Source: an uncultured virus (IMG/VR IMGVR_UViG_3300028886_002149)
Lineage: Duplodnaviria > Heunggongvirae > Uroviricota > Caudoviricetes
Direction: 5' to 3' (one strand)
Length of the DNA stretch: 64,000 bases
Virus record (IMG/VR): IMGVR_UViG_3300028886_002149
In this document: piece after piece, positions 29,250-38,212 of the stretch
Numbering within the stretch: position 1 is the first letter of the stretch
Layout: each line of letters opens with the position of its first letter
Program-made: the position numbers and the translations under genes
Notes under the pieces: model-generated
What the model was told of the DNA's origin: nothing
Seen by the model: the letters and a program-made list of their open reading frames with translations, nothing else
Database searches by the model: none

Positions 29250-29567
29250 ATGTACGAAAAACTTGATAAGCTCCGCGCTGAAGTAAAGCGTTGGGAGCAG
29301 AAGATCGAAGATGATAAAGCAAAGCTCAGGCAGGCCCAGGATAAGTTGAAAGAGGCAGAAAACAGTCAGATTCTTTCTGATGTTGGTGCACTTAATCTTT
29401 CTCCTGAACAGCTGGCAGAGTTTTTGAAACTGGCTACAAGCGGAAAGCTTGGAGCAGGAACTGCAGATAGGGCTTTTGTCGAAAAATCCGACAGAAGTAC
29501 CTACGGTGCTAAAGATGCAATTGAAAACGAAGACGAAACGGAGGATTTCGAAGATGAAGAGAATTAA
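29250..29567 (+). CDS. DUF4315-like ICE protein
   Basis: Coiled coil ending EAEN..I...V.ALNLSPEQLAEFL; canonical position. Confidence 0.75.
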   Translation: MYEKLDKLRAEVKRWEQKIEDDKAKLRQAQDKLKEAENSQILSDVGALNLSPEQLAEFLKLATSGKLGAGTADRAFVEKSDRSTYGAKDAIENEDETEDFEDEEN

Positions 29568-30426
29568 AAACAAAATACAGATCAGAATGATCTCGGCTGC
29601 AGCAATTGTTGCAGCTTTTTTATTTGGGACGACTCCCATCATGGCACATGCCGGTGGATATGAGTGCACCTGTGAGCATAAGTGCACAGAGGATTGCATC
29701 AATCCCGACTGTGAGCTTTGCAAGATCGACTACACACTTTGCTGTGGAGACGATGTTACCGAGGAAACAGTATCGGAGCCTGAGGTGACGCCTGAACCTG
29801 CTCCTTCAGAGGAACCTGAGGAAGAGTGGGGACCGCTTACTCCTGATGGCAATATGACACTTGTGGATGATTATGGTGCTCCAAGCCAGGCTGGAAAGCA
29901 GTTTATAACCGTTGTTACCAAGTCCGGTAATTACTTTTATATCATCATCGACCGCGATGATAACGGCACAGAAACTGTTCACTTCCTGAATATGGTTGAT
30001 GAGGCGGATCTCTTAGCCCTTATGGATGAGGACGCGGTAAATGATTATATCGCCCAGAAGGAGGCAAAGGAGACAGAACCTACGGTTACTGAGGAACCTG
30101 CTCCCACAGAGGAACCTGAGCCTGCTGAGGAGCCTGAGGAACCCGTGAAAAAGAAGAGCTCCGGTGCGTTAGTTATCGTGCTGATCCTGGCTCTTGGCGG
30201 TGCAGGCGGGTATTTCTATTTCACAAAGGTGAAGAATAAGAAGCCTACAGCAACTACCGTGGAAGATCCTGATGCTGATTATAACGAGGATGAGGAAGAT
30301 TATCTGCTTGATGGTCTTGCAGATGAAGTGGACGACATCATGAGTGAGGATGAAAAAGCGGAAGATCCTGAGATTATCGATCTTGATGATGAGGATCGTA
30401 ACGATGAAGAGGAGGATGAGGAATAA
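29554..30426 (+). CDS. DUF4366-like exported/membrane ICE protein
   Basis: Signal peptide, LTPDGNMTLVDD, KQFITV.TK.GNYFY+IIDR, C-terminal TM and acidic tail. Confidence 0.82.
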   Translation: MKRIKNKIQIRMISAAAIVAAFLFGTTPIMAHAGGYECTCEHKCTEDCINPDCELCKIDYTLCCGDDVTEETVSEPEVTPEPAPSEEPEEEWGPLTPDGNMTLVDDYGAPSQAGKQFITVVTKSGNYFYIIIDRDDNGTETVHFLNMVDEADLLALMDEDAVNDYIAQKEAKETEPTVTEEPAPTEEPEPAEEPEEPVKKKSSGALVIVLILALGGAGGYFYFTKVKNKKPTATTVEDPDADYNEDEEDYLLDGLADEVDDIMSEDEKAEDPEIIDLDDEDRNDEEEDEE

Positions 30427-30572
30427 TGGCACGAAGATCACGTTTTGAAGGATACGTAAATGCAGTGAAGGGGCAGGCTGAAAAGCCTGCTCTTTCCGTT
30501 AAAGACAAGCTTTCCCAGATGAAGGCGAAAGCAAAGGAAGCAAACAAGAAATCTGAGAAGGAGGACAAGTAA
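30426..30572 (+). CDS. 48-aa basic protein (not in ORF track)
   Basis: MARRSRFEGYVNAVKGQAEKPALSVKDKLSQMKAKAKEANKKSEKEDK; TAATG coupling, fills the gap exactly. Confidence 0.6.
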   Translation: MARRSRFEGYVNAVKGQAEKPALSVKDKLSQMKAKAKEANKKSEKEDK

Positions 30573-30573
30573 C

Positions 30574-31809
30574 ATGGCTGAATACGATAAGAGCACATTT
30601 GATCCTAAGGCTGCAGCGGAAGCTCGTAAGGCCGAGATGGAAGAAATGACTACCAAACTGGAACAAGGTGTAAAGGATATCTTTACCACTGCCGGATACA
30701 AAGATTATCTGAACTTCTGCGCGAAGCTTCCCAGATATTCCGTGAACAATCAGATCCTGATCATGCTGCAGAGACCTGACGCTACCATGTGTCAGTCGTT
30801 CACCGGCTGGAAGGAGATGGGACGTTTTGTAAAGAAGGGCGAGAAGGGAATCCGCATCTTGGCTCCGTCTCCCTACAAGATGCAGAAAGAGCAGGATAAG
30901 ACAGACCCTTCCGGGAAGCCCATCCTGGATAAGGACGGTGAGCCTGTAAAGGAAACTGTTGAGATCACGGTAAATGCTTTCAAACCTGTCAGCACTTTTG
31001 ATGTGAGTCAGACCGAGGGAGAACCTATCCCCACCATCGGTACTGCAGAACTTACCGGATCCGTGGAGGGCTACAACGCACTCTTTGAAGCAATCAAAGA
31101 AGTGGTTCCTGTTCCTATCACCTTTGAGGATATTCCTTCCGGTGCAAAGGGATACTTCCATCTGGAAGAGAACCGTATTGCGATCCAAGAGGGCATGAGT
31201 GAAGCCCAGACTGTGAAGACTGCAATCCATGAAGCAGCACATCAGGCACTTCATTCCAAGGACGCAATGGATGCATCCGGCGAAAAGAAATCCAAGAATC
31301 AGAAAGAGACGGAAGCTGAATCTGTCGCTTACGTTGTCTGCCAGCATTATGGCATCGATACTTCGGATTATTCTTTCGCGTATGTTGCAACCTGGTCTGC
31401 GGATAAGGAAGTACCGGAGCTTAAGGCATCCCTTGATACCATCCGCAAAACTGCATCCGACATCATCGTAAAGATCGATGAGAAGCTGCAGGCACGCGAC
31501 AGCGTTAAGGAAGTAGAAGAGTTCATCGCGGCTCACGGTGACGAGCTCCCTTTCGGTAATCCGGAGGCCGACCAGCCGGTAGGCTTCATCAAGATCGAAC
31601 CTCGGGTAGATTTCGGTTCCTATCAGACTGACAAAAAAATCGAGATCACTATGGAACAGCCGGAGGTTGAAAAGCCTGAGAAAGCTCAGAAAGAGAAAAG
31701 TGCTAAGAAGACTTCGGTTAAAGAAAAACTGAAGGCTGAAAAAGCAAAGTCACAGAAAACAAAATCACCCAAGAAGGATCCGAAGAAGGACCTTCAGGAA
31801 GCTATTTAA
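30574..31809 (+). CDS. ArdC-like ssDNA-binding/zincin antirestriction protein
   Basis: YSVNNQILI, W...GRFVKKGEKGI.ILAP, HEAAH, ETEAESVAY, YSFAYVATW. Confidence 0.8.
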   Translation: MAEYDKSTFDPKAAAEARKAEMEEMTTKLEQGVKDIFTTAGYKDYLNFCAKLPRYSVNNQILIMLQRPDATMCQSFTGWKEMGRFVKKGEKGIRILAPSPYKMQKEQDKTDPSGKPILDKDGEPVKETVEITVNAFKPVSTFDVSQTEGEPIPTIGTAELTGSVEGYNALFEAIKEVVPVPITFEDIPSGAKGYFHLEENRIAIQEGMSEAQTVKTAIHEAAHQALHSKDAMDASGEKKSKNQKETEAESVAYVVCQHYGIDTSDYSFAYVATWSADKEVPELKASLDTIRKTASDIIVKIDEKLQARDSVKEVEEFIAAHGDELPFGNPEADQPVGFIKIEPRVDFGSYQTDKKIEITMEQPEVEKPEKAQKEKSAKKTSVKEKLKAEKAKSQKTKSPKKDPKKDLQEAI

Positions 31810-31818
31810 GGAGGAGAA

Positions 31819-32067
31819 ATGAATATGCGTAAGAAATTGATCATTGGAATTGTAGCCGGAGTTGCTGTTGTTGGAGGAATCGTCACTGCGATCATCTGTC
31901 ACAAAAGGAAAAGAGATGCTTTCCGTGAGCTTGACCTGTACGACGATGAGGATGACGACTTCTGGGACGAGGATCTGGACGATGAAGATTGTGGGTCTGA
32001 TGAGAAATGCTGCGAATACGCAGAAAGGATTTTAAGAGAGCTTGAGGAGGGCACTTATGGCGAATAA
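31819..32067 (+). CDS. Small membrane-anchored acidic protein
   Basis: AGGAGG RBS, N-terminal TM, Asp-rich tail. Confidence 0.65.
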   Translation: MNMRKKLIIGIVAGVAVVGGIVTAIICHKRKRDAFRELDLYDDEDDDFWDEDLDDEDCGSDEKCCEYAERILRELEEGTYGE

Positions 32068-34144
32068 CCTTGTGATTGCTGAGAAGCCTTCGGTGGCTCA
32101 GTCAATCGCTAAAGTCCTTGGCTGTACTGACAAGCAGGATGGCTACCTCTCCGGAGGTGGCTATCTTGTTAGTTGGTGTGTCGGGCATCTGGTTGAGCTT
32201 GCCGAACCCGAAACCTATGACAGTAAATATGAAACCTGGAAGAAAGAAGACCTTCCTATCATCCCTGATGTGTTTCGGTATCAGGTAACTGCCGCTACGA
32301 GAAAGCAGTTTAAGGTTTTGAAGGATCTGCTACACCGGGATGATGTGGACTGTGTGACCAACGCCTGTGATGCCGGACGTGAAGGAGAACTCATCTTCCG
32401 TTTGGTCTATGACGAGGCGAAATGCAATAAGCCCATGAAGAGGCTCTGGATATCTTCGATGGAAGATGAAGCGATCCGTGACGGCTTTGCAGGCCTCAAA
32501 GATGGACAGGAATACGACAGACTTTATGAAGCGGCACTCTGCAGAGAACGTGCCGACTGGATCGTTGGTATCAATGCCACCAGGCTCTTTTCTTCACTAT
32601 ATGGCCAGACCTTAAATGTAGGCCGTGTGATGACTCCGACACTTGCGCTGACTGTTGCAAGAGAGGCTGAGATCAGAGCTTTCAGACCGGAAGATTTTTA
32701 TACCGTGATCCTGAAAACCTCGATCGGAGACCTGGGAAGTAAGCGTTTTTCTGACAGAGACGAAGCCAAGACTCTTCTTACGAAGTGCATGTTGGCAGGC
32801 AAGATTACGATCACAAAGGCGGAGAAAAAGGAAAAGCAGGAGAAGGCTCCGGCACTTTTTGATCTGACAACGCTGCAGCGTGAAGCAAATAAGAGACTAG
32901 GGTTTACGGCACAGCAAACGCTGGATTATACCCAGTCGCTATATGAGAAGAAGCTGGTATCTTACCCTCGAACCGACAGCCGGTACCTGACTGATGATAT
33001 GGAATCCACACTCCCGAACCTGATCGCTAAAGCAGAAAAAGTCAGCGGTCTGAAACCTACAGAAGTTCAGGATCATCACTGCGTTATCAACAGCAAGAAG
33101 GTCACAGATCACCATGCAATCATCCCAACGGCATCCGTCGATAAGGCAGATCTCTCAGAACTTCCGACCGGCGAAAGAGAGGTGCTCAGACTTATCGCTA
33201 CAAGGCTCTTAGAAGCCGTTTCCAGCCCCTGCATTTATGCTGAGGCAGTGTTAGAGGGGGAGCGCGAAAACGAGCGCTTTGGGGCAAAAGGAAAGGCTGT
33301 GATAGATGCCGGATGGAAAGGAGTAGCGAAGATCAGTGAGAAGAAAAAGGATAATCCGGATGATACTCCATTGGGCGACATTTCTTCTCTTCACGAAGGT
33401 GATGAGATAAAGATCATTCAGTCAGGGGTTAAGGCCGGAAAGACCACACCGCCGAAATCCTATACGGAGGATATGCTGCTCTCCGCAATGGAAAAGGCAG
33501 GAAGTGATGAGACTCCTGATGAAGCAGAACGAAAAGGACTCGGTACTCCGGCGACCCGTGCAGGCATCATAGAGAAGCTTGTGCGCATCGGCTTTATCGA
33601 GAGAAAAGGTGATAAGAAGACCAAGTATCTTGTTCCGACTCATAAGGGTGAGATGCTGATCACAGTCATTCCGGAAGCAATCCAGTCTGCATCTATGACT
33701 GCCGAATGGGAGCAAAAGCTCCTGGAGGTTGAAAAGGAATCCTACAGCGCAGATCAGTTCATGGATGAGATTGAAGACATGGTAAGAGACCTGGTTGATA
33801 CCTACGAGATCGTGCCGGACGCTGAGGTTTTGATGAAACCGGCATACGCGCCTCTTGGGAAATGTCCTCACTGCGGATCCGATGTCATCGAGAAATCGAA
33901 AGGTTTCTTTTGCGAGAACAAAGACTGTAAGTTCGCTCTCTGGAAGGATAACCGATTCTTTGATTCTCTCTCAAAGAAGCTGACCAAACAGGTGGCGGAA
34001 CAGCTCTTGTCCAGAGGCAGGGCGAAGCTTAAAAAGTGCAGATCCGTGAAAACGGGAAAGACATATGACACCACGGTTGTTCTGTCCGTATCAGATAATG
34101 GAACACCGCAATTTACGTTAGATTTTTCGAAAGGAGCAAAGTGA
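32057..34144 (+). CDS. topB: DNA topoisomerase III (ICE type)
   Basis: IAEKPS, DAGREGE, GRVMTPT, SYPRTDS, GLGTPATRA, C-terminal Zn ribbon. Confidence 0.95.
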   Translation: MANNLVIAEKPSVAQSIAKVLGCTDKQDGYLSGGGYLVSWCVGHLVELAEPETYDSKYETWKKEDLPIIPDVFRYQVTAATRKQFKVLKDLLHRDDVDCVTNACDAGREGELIFRLVYDEAKCNKPMKRLWISSMEDEAIRDGFAGLKDGQEYDRLYEAALCRERADWIVGINATRLFSSLYGQTLNVGRVMTPTLALTVAREAEIRAFRPEDFYTVILKTSIGDLGSKRFSDRDEAKTLLTKCMLAGKITITKAEKKEKQEKAPALFDLTTLQREANKRLGFTAQQTLDYTQSLYEKKLVSYPRTDSRYLTDDMESTLPNLIAKAEKVSGLKPTEVQDHHCVINSKKVTDHHAIIPTASVDKADLSELPTGEREVLRLIATRLLEAVSSPCIYAEAVLEGERENERFGAKGKAVIDAGWKGVAKISEKKKDNPDDTPLGDISSLHEGDEIKIIQSGVKAGKTTPPKSYTEDMLLSAMEKAGSDETPDEAERKGLGTPATRAGIIEKLVRIGFIERKGDKKTKYLVPTHKGEMLITVIPEAIQSASMTAEWEQKLLEVEKESYSADQFMDEIEDMVRDLVDTYEIVPDAEVLMKPAYAPLGKCPHCGSDVIEKSKGFFCENKDCKFALWKDNRFFDSLSKKLTKQVAEQLLSRGRAKLKKCRSVKTGKTYDTTVVLSVSDNGTPQFTLDFSKGAK

Positions 34145-34145
34145 T

Positions 34146-34505
34146 ATGGAGAAAAAGAAGAAGACGAAGATCCAGAAATGGGATGAGGTCGGCGGAGCAG
34201 TTGAGACTGAGATCGAAGAGGTTGCCGGTTCCTTTGACGAGACTCCCGGTGCCGGTCCTTCCATGAGCCGGAATCCCATGAGGGGCATCGAGGACATGGT
34301 GGAACAGAATGATAATTCCTTTGATGGAGTGATCAACAACCTGCCTGAACCCAAGCCCGTTTGCCAGGTAAGCGCTGCCGAAGTGATCGAAGAAGAGCAG
34401 AAACGTAAGTCTGTTTTGAAGAGGTTGCAGGAGCCGGTTCCTGTACCTGAAGGCGCAAAGCCTGTGCCCGGATGCGTTCTGTGCGGAGACCGTGAGAGGT
34501 TCTGA
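34146..34505 (+). CDS. DUF4316-like small ICE protein
   Basis: EDMVEQNDNSFDGVINN, RKSVLKRL. Confidence 0.65.
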   Translation: MEKKKKTKIQKWDEVGGAVETEIEEVAGSFDETPGAGPSMSRNPMRGIEDMVEQNDNSFDGVINNLPEPKPVCQVSAAEVIEEEQKRKSVLKRLQEPVPVPEGAKPVPGCVLCGDRERF

Positions 34506-34834
34506 TGGCACGTCAGGACGGAATGATCTATGTCCGCGTTACGAAGGATGAATGGAAACAGATCCATGAAAGAATGGCTGAGGCCGGTATGAAGAACATG
34601 AGCGCATTTATCAGAAAAATGGCTCTGAACGGATACCTGATCAAGCTGGATCTGACGGATGTGAAGGAGGTTTTGCGCCTCCTTCATATCAATTCCAACA
34701 ATCTGAATCAGTACGCGAAAAGAGCAAATGAAACCGGCAGCATTTACGAAGCAGATATCAAAGATCTGCAGAAAAGCCATCAGGAAATTTTACGACTGAT
34801 GGGTGAGATATTGGATCGTTTATCAAGCATTTAA
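34505..34834 (+). CDS. mobC: MobC relaxosome accessory protein
   Basis: SAFIRKMALNG, NNLNQYAKRAN. Confidence 0.9.
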   Translation: MARQDGMIYVRVTKDEWKQIHERMAEAGMKNMSAFIRKMALNGYLIKLDLTDVKEVLRLLHINSNNLNQYAKRANETGSIYEADIKDLQKSHQEILRLMGEILDRLSSI

Positions 34835-34844
34835 GGAGGAACTC

Positions 34845-36254
34845 ATGGCAGCTACAAGACTGATCCCTTTGCATGAGAACAAAGGAAAAACCGTCTCGCA
34901 GTGCTTAAAAGACAGAGTCGATTATGCGAAGAACGGAGAAAAAACTGAAGAGGGTGAATATGTAACTGCCTATGAATGCAATCCCCAAATTGTCGACCAG
35001 GAATTCTATTCCGCCCGGAATGAGTACGTGAAGGATCACCGGGTACCGACACACGATGTGATCGCATATCAGATCAGGCAGTCGTTCAAACCGGGGGAGA
35101 TAACTCCGGAAGAAGCCAATGCCATCGGCTATGAGCTTGCAATGAAATTCACCAAAGGTGAGTATGCTTTTATCGTCGCAACTCATACGGACAAGGCACA
35201 TATCCATAACCACATCATCTTTAATTCTACAAATCTTGCCTGTGACAGGAAGTTCAAAAACTTCTTTCTTTCATCGTTTGTTATCCAAAGGATCAGTGAC
35301 AGATTATGCTTGGAACATGGCCTATCAGTTATCAAACCGCGGGCCTATCGTGATAGAGAAAAGCGCACGGATTATCCAAGACGATCTGCTTACCGCGACG
35401 CGATCCGTGAAGCAATCGACCGAGGCCTTGCAAGGAATCCGAAAGATTTTGAAGAGCTACTTCGATTCCTGGAGGAAGAAGAGTATCAGATCAAGCAAGG
35501 TCAGAATCCGGCAATCAAGGGAAAGGAACAGAAGCGGTTTATTCGTTTCAAGTCTCTTGGAGAAGGTTATAGACCAGACGACCTTGAGAAGATCATCTCC
35601 GGTGAGATGGAGCGGGATCCTGAGTTCCGGAAGAAGAATGTGAAGCCCGAAAAGAGCATGGATATGCTCATCGATATCCAAGCAAAACTTGCCCAGGGCA
35701 AGGGAGCCGGATATGAAAGATGGGCGAAAGTCTTCAATGTGAAGCAGGTGGCCAAGGCTCTTTTATTCTTGGAAGAGCATGACATTCGAGATCTTGAAAC
35801 CTTAAATCAGAGAGCCAAGGAAGCTGCGGATCATTTCAATGAGCTGTCGGCCACAATCAAGTCGGCTGAGAAAAGAATGGCTGAGATATCGGTTCTTAGG
35901 ACGCATATTTTGAATTATGTGAAAACCAAGGACGTTTATGTTGCCTACAGAAAGTCAGGCTACAGCAAAGCCTTCTTTGAAGCTCACCGAGAAGAGATTA
36001 CTCTTCATAAAGCGGCGAAGCAGGCCTTTTCGGATCTGGGCGTGGAGAAGCTTCCGACGGTGAAGCAGCTGAACGAAGAGTTTGCAGAACTGTTGTCCAA
36101 GAAGAAGGAGGCATACCGGGAATACCGAAAGGCGAAGCAGGAGATGACGGACTTTGCCACGGCAAAATATGACATCGAGCGGTTCCTGAATCTTGAAAAA
36201 GAGGAGGAATCCCGCGAGAAGGAAAAAGCAAAAACAAAAGAAGAGGCACTGTAG
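34845..36254 (+). CDS. MOBP-type relaxase
   Basis: DYAKNGEKT, AYQIRQSF.PGE, HTDKAHIHNH. Confidence 0.93.
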   Translation: MAATRLIPLHENKGKTVSQCLKDRVDYAKNGEKTEEGEYVTAYECNPQIVDQEFYSARNEYVKDHRVPTHDVIAYQIRQSFKPGEITPEEANAIGYELAMKFTKGEYAFIVATHTDKAHIHNHIIFNSTNLACDRKFKNFFLSSFVIQRISDRLCLEHGLSVIKPRAYRDREKRTDYPRRSAYRDAIREAIDRGLARNPKDFEELLRFLEEEEYQIKQGQNPAIKGKEQKRFIRFKSLGEGYRPDDLEKIISGEMERDPEFRKKNVKPEKSMDMLIDIQAKLAQGKGAGYERWAKVFNVKQVAKALLFLEEHDIRDLETLNQRAKEAADHFNELSATIKSAEKRMAEISVLRTHILNYVKTKDVYVAYRKSGYSKAFFEAHREEITLHKAAKQAFSDLGVEKLPTVKQLNEEFAELLSKKKEAYREYRKAKQEMTDFATAKYDIERFLNLEKEEESREKEKAKTKEEAL

Positions 36255-36259
36255 TACAT

Positions 36260-36310
36260 GGGGCATTTCATCAGAAATCTATCTGGTGGGATGCCCCTCT
36301 TTTTTTATTT
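36260..36310 (+). terminator. Terminator of the transfer operon
   Basis: GGGGCATTTCATCAGA-6-TCTGGTGGGATGCCCC then T tract. Confidence 0.8.
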
Positions 36311-36450
36311 CTCGCTCCGGCGAGATGCACTCAGCACCGCGAAGCGGGGCGTAGATCAGCAGATGCAAATCTGATGTTTGAAGGGATTGGGAGCAACTCC
36401 CAACAAGCCGAGCGGAGCGAGTTGTCTGGACACAGACATTGCTTGCGAAT
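36311..36450. other. Candidate oriT region
   Basis: Non-coding, GC-rich, beside relaxase; inverted repeats CTCGCTCCG/CGGAGCGAG, TTGGGAG-CAA-CTCCCAA, TGTCT.GACA; nic site not identified. Confidence 0.4.
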
Positions 36451-36729
36451 TTGTGAAAAACCTTGTTGAAGACCGTTTTTTTGGACAGCTAATGTGAATA
36501 ATGGAAGGTGGGAGGTTGTAGGAGATTGATGAAAATAGACATAATGCGTGATGAAGAAATGAATTGTCACACAAATTTTAAATCGAAAATACGAAATTAG
36601 CTTTTGAAAACTCCATCTTTTACTTTCTAAAGATATATCGTGACTTTTGGCATCGCTCATGGTATACTTTTCACTGGGTACGTATTTTTTGTTTTGCGCG
36701 TTTGTGCGCAACTTAGTGAAAGGAAAAAT

Positions 36730-36945
36730 ATGGCGATATCTTATAACGGCTTATGGAAAATGCTAATCGATAAAAACATGTACAAGAAGGATCTTGCAGC
36801 GGAACTAAATATTAGTTCTGCAACTATGGCCAAAATGGGCAAAGGTGAAAATGTTTCTCTTGATGTCCTTCAAAAGATTTGCGAATACATGGATTGTAAT
36901 ATCGGCGACATCATGAGCTTTGAGAAAGACGATAAGAACCAATAG
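36730..36945 (+). CDS. Cro/C1-type HTH regulator heading the defence operon
   Basis: ISYNGLWKMLID, ATMAKMGKGENVSL, CNIGDI. Confidence 0.85.
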   Translation: MAISYNGLWKMLIDKNMYKKDLAAELNISSATMAKMGKGENVSLDVLQKICEYMDCNIGDIMSFEKDDKNQ

Positions 36946-36972
36946 CTTTACTTAACCTATTGATAGGAGTCG

Positions 36973-37764
36973 ATGCCCATGGCAAGCATACAAGATATTA
37001 GAAAGTTTATGAGCACCTGGAAACAGATGACATATAGAAAAGGGCTGGATTATTGCTACTCCATTAAAAATGATCGAGACATATTTGATTTATGTGTAGA
37101 GGTAATTCAGGAGCAGAAATTAGCGGATAAGTTTATGGATGGCAGCTCCGTTCAAAACATTCCGTATATAAAAGAAGATAAGACGAGAGTAATATTCACC
37201 AATATTTTTTGGAACTTGGCAAGTAATTACATTACTCCTGCGTATTATATCGCGTCTATAGTAAATGAATGTGTTAAGAAAGGTGTCGAGAGTAAATCAG
37301 AAATCGTAGGAACTGTAGGCAGGGGATTACGTGCATTTCCTTCATTTTTGAGAGAAATGGATTTGACGTATAAGGTATCAAGTCTTATTCCGGATGCAAC
37401 TGTAGTTAATGGCCCAGAACAAGATGTCGGGGAGCATACAGATATACTGATTCGGATTCATGGTGTTAATTATAGGATGTGGTCATATCAAAACTTTGAT
37501 AGAGGACTCACTAATACTGCTCAAAGGTTTTATGGGAAACGAGGAAATATTCCAGAAGGTATTCATGTTTTATGTCCAATAGATATTGGAAATGAAAGTG
37601 AAATTGAAAAGGTTGATGACTGGTGCTTCTATTCTGATCGATATGTACATTTTATTGTAGATATGATGGAAATAGAAAAACCAGATAGTTATTCGGATTT
37701 ACGCCGACTTGAAGAGTATGCTCTGAAAATATATCTAAAAAAGGCCAATATGGTTTTGCGGTGA
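36973..37764 (+). CDS. Hypothetical protein, possibly restriction-endonuclease-like
   Basis: GRGLRAFPSFLRE helix followed by QD-x4-D (QDVGEHTDIL); weak resemblance to PD-(D/E)XK type II REases. Confidence 0.4.
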   Translation: MPMASIQDIRKFMSTWKQMTYRKGLDYCYSIKNDRDIFDLCVEVIQEQKLADKFMDGSSVQNIPYIKEDKTRVIFTNIFWNLASNYITPAYYIASIVNECVKKGVESKSEIVGTVGRGLRAFPSFLREMDLTYKVSSLIPDATVVNGPEQDVGEHTDILIRIHGVNYRMWSYQNFDRGLTNTAQRFYGKRGNIPEGIHVLCPIDIGNESEIEKVDDWCFYSDRYVHFIVDMMEIEKPDSYSDLRRLEEYALKIYLKKANMVLR

Positions 37765-37769
37765 GAGCA

Positions 37770-38180
37770 ATGAAAAAGACAGAAGAGCAAATCAGTTATA
37801 ACATGAGACGAGTTAAAAGTAAAAACTCGCAGATTGAATTAATGCTCAGGAAAGAGTTATGGAATCGTGGATTGCGTTATCAAAAAAATGTTACCGGGAT
37901 AATGGGAAAACCAGACATAGTCTTCAAAGGAAAGAAGGTGGCAGTTTTTTGTGACAGCGAATTTTTCCATGGATATGACTGGGAAAACAGAAAAAATGAT
38001 ATCAAGTCTAATAGAGTTTTTTGGATTAATAAGATTGAAAGGAATATCCAGAGAGATAAGGAAGTCACGGAAACCTTGGAACAGCAGGGATGGGTGGTTT
38101 TACGGTTTTGGGGTAAGGAAATAAAAAAAGATTTGGTTAAGTGTGCTGATCAGATAGAATCGGTTCTTTTGCAAAGATAG
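37770..38180 (+). CDS. vsr: Very short patch repair endonuclease
   Basis: SYNMRRVKSK, GKPDIV, FCDSEFFHG, FW..KI.RN..RD, GW.VLRFW. Confidence 0.93.
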   Translation: MKKTEEQISYNMRRVKSKNSQIELMLRKELWNRGLRYQKNVTGIMGKPDIVFKGKKVAVFCDSEFFHGYDWENRKNDIKSNRVFWINKIERNIQRDKEVTETLEQQGWVVLRFWGKEIKKDLVKCADQIESVLLQR

Positions 38181-38212
38181 AAGAGTACATAGATGGTAGA
38201 GGGTGGTCAAAA

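Noticed and set aside
28710..29723. 337-aa minus-strand ORF
   Set aside because: Antisense to three well-supported ICE genes
29761..30145. GAGGAACCTG repeats
   Set aside because: In-frame Glu/Pro linker codons of the DUF4366-like protein
30499..31536. 345-aa minus-strand ORF
   Set aside because: Antisense shadow of the ArdC-like gene
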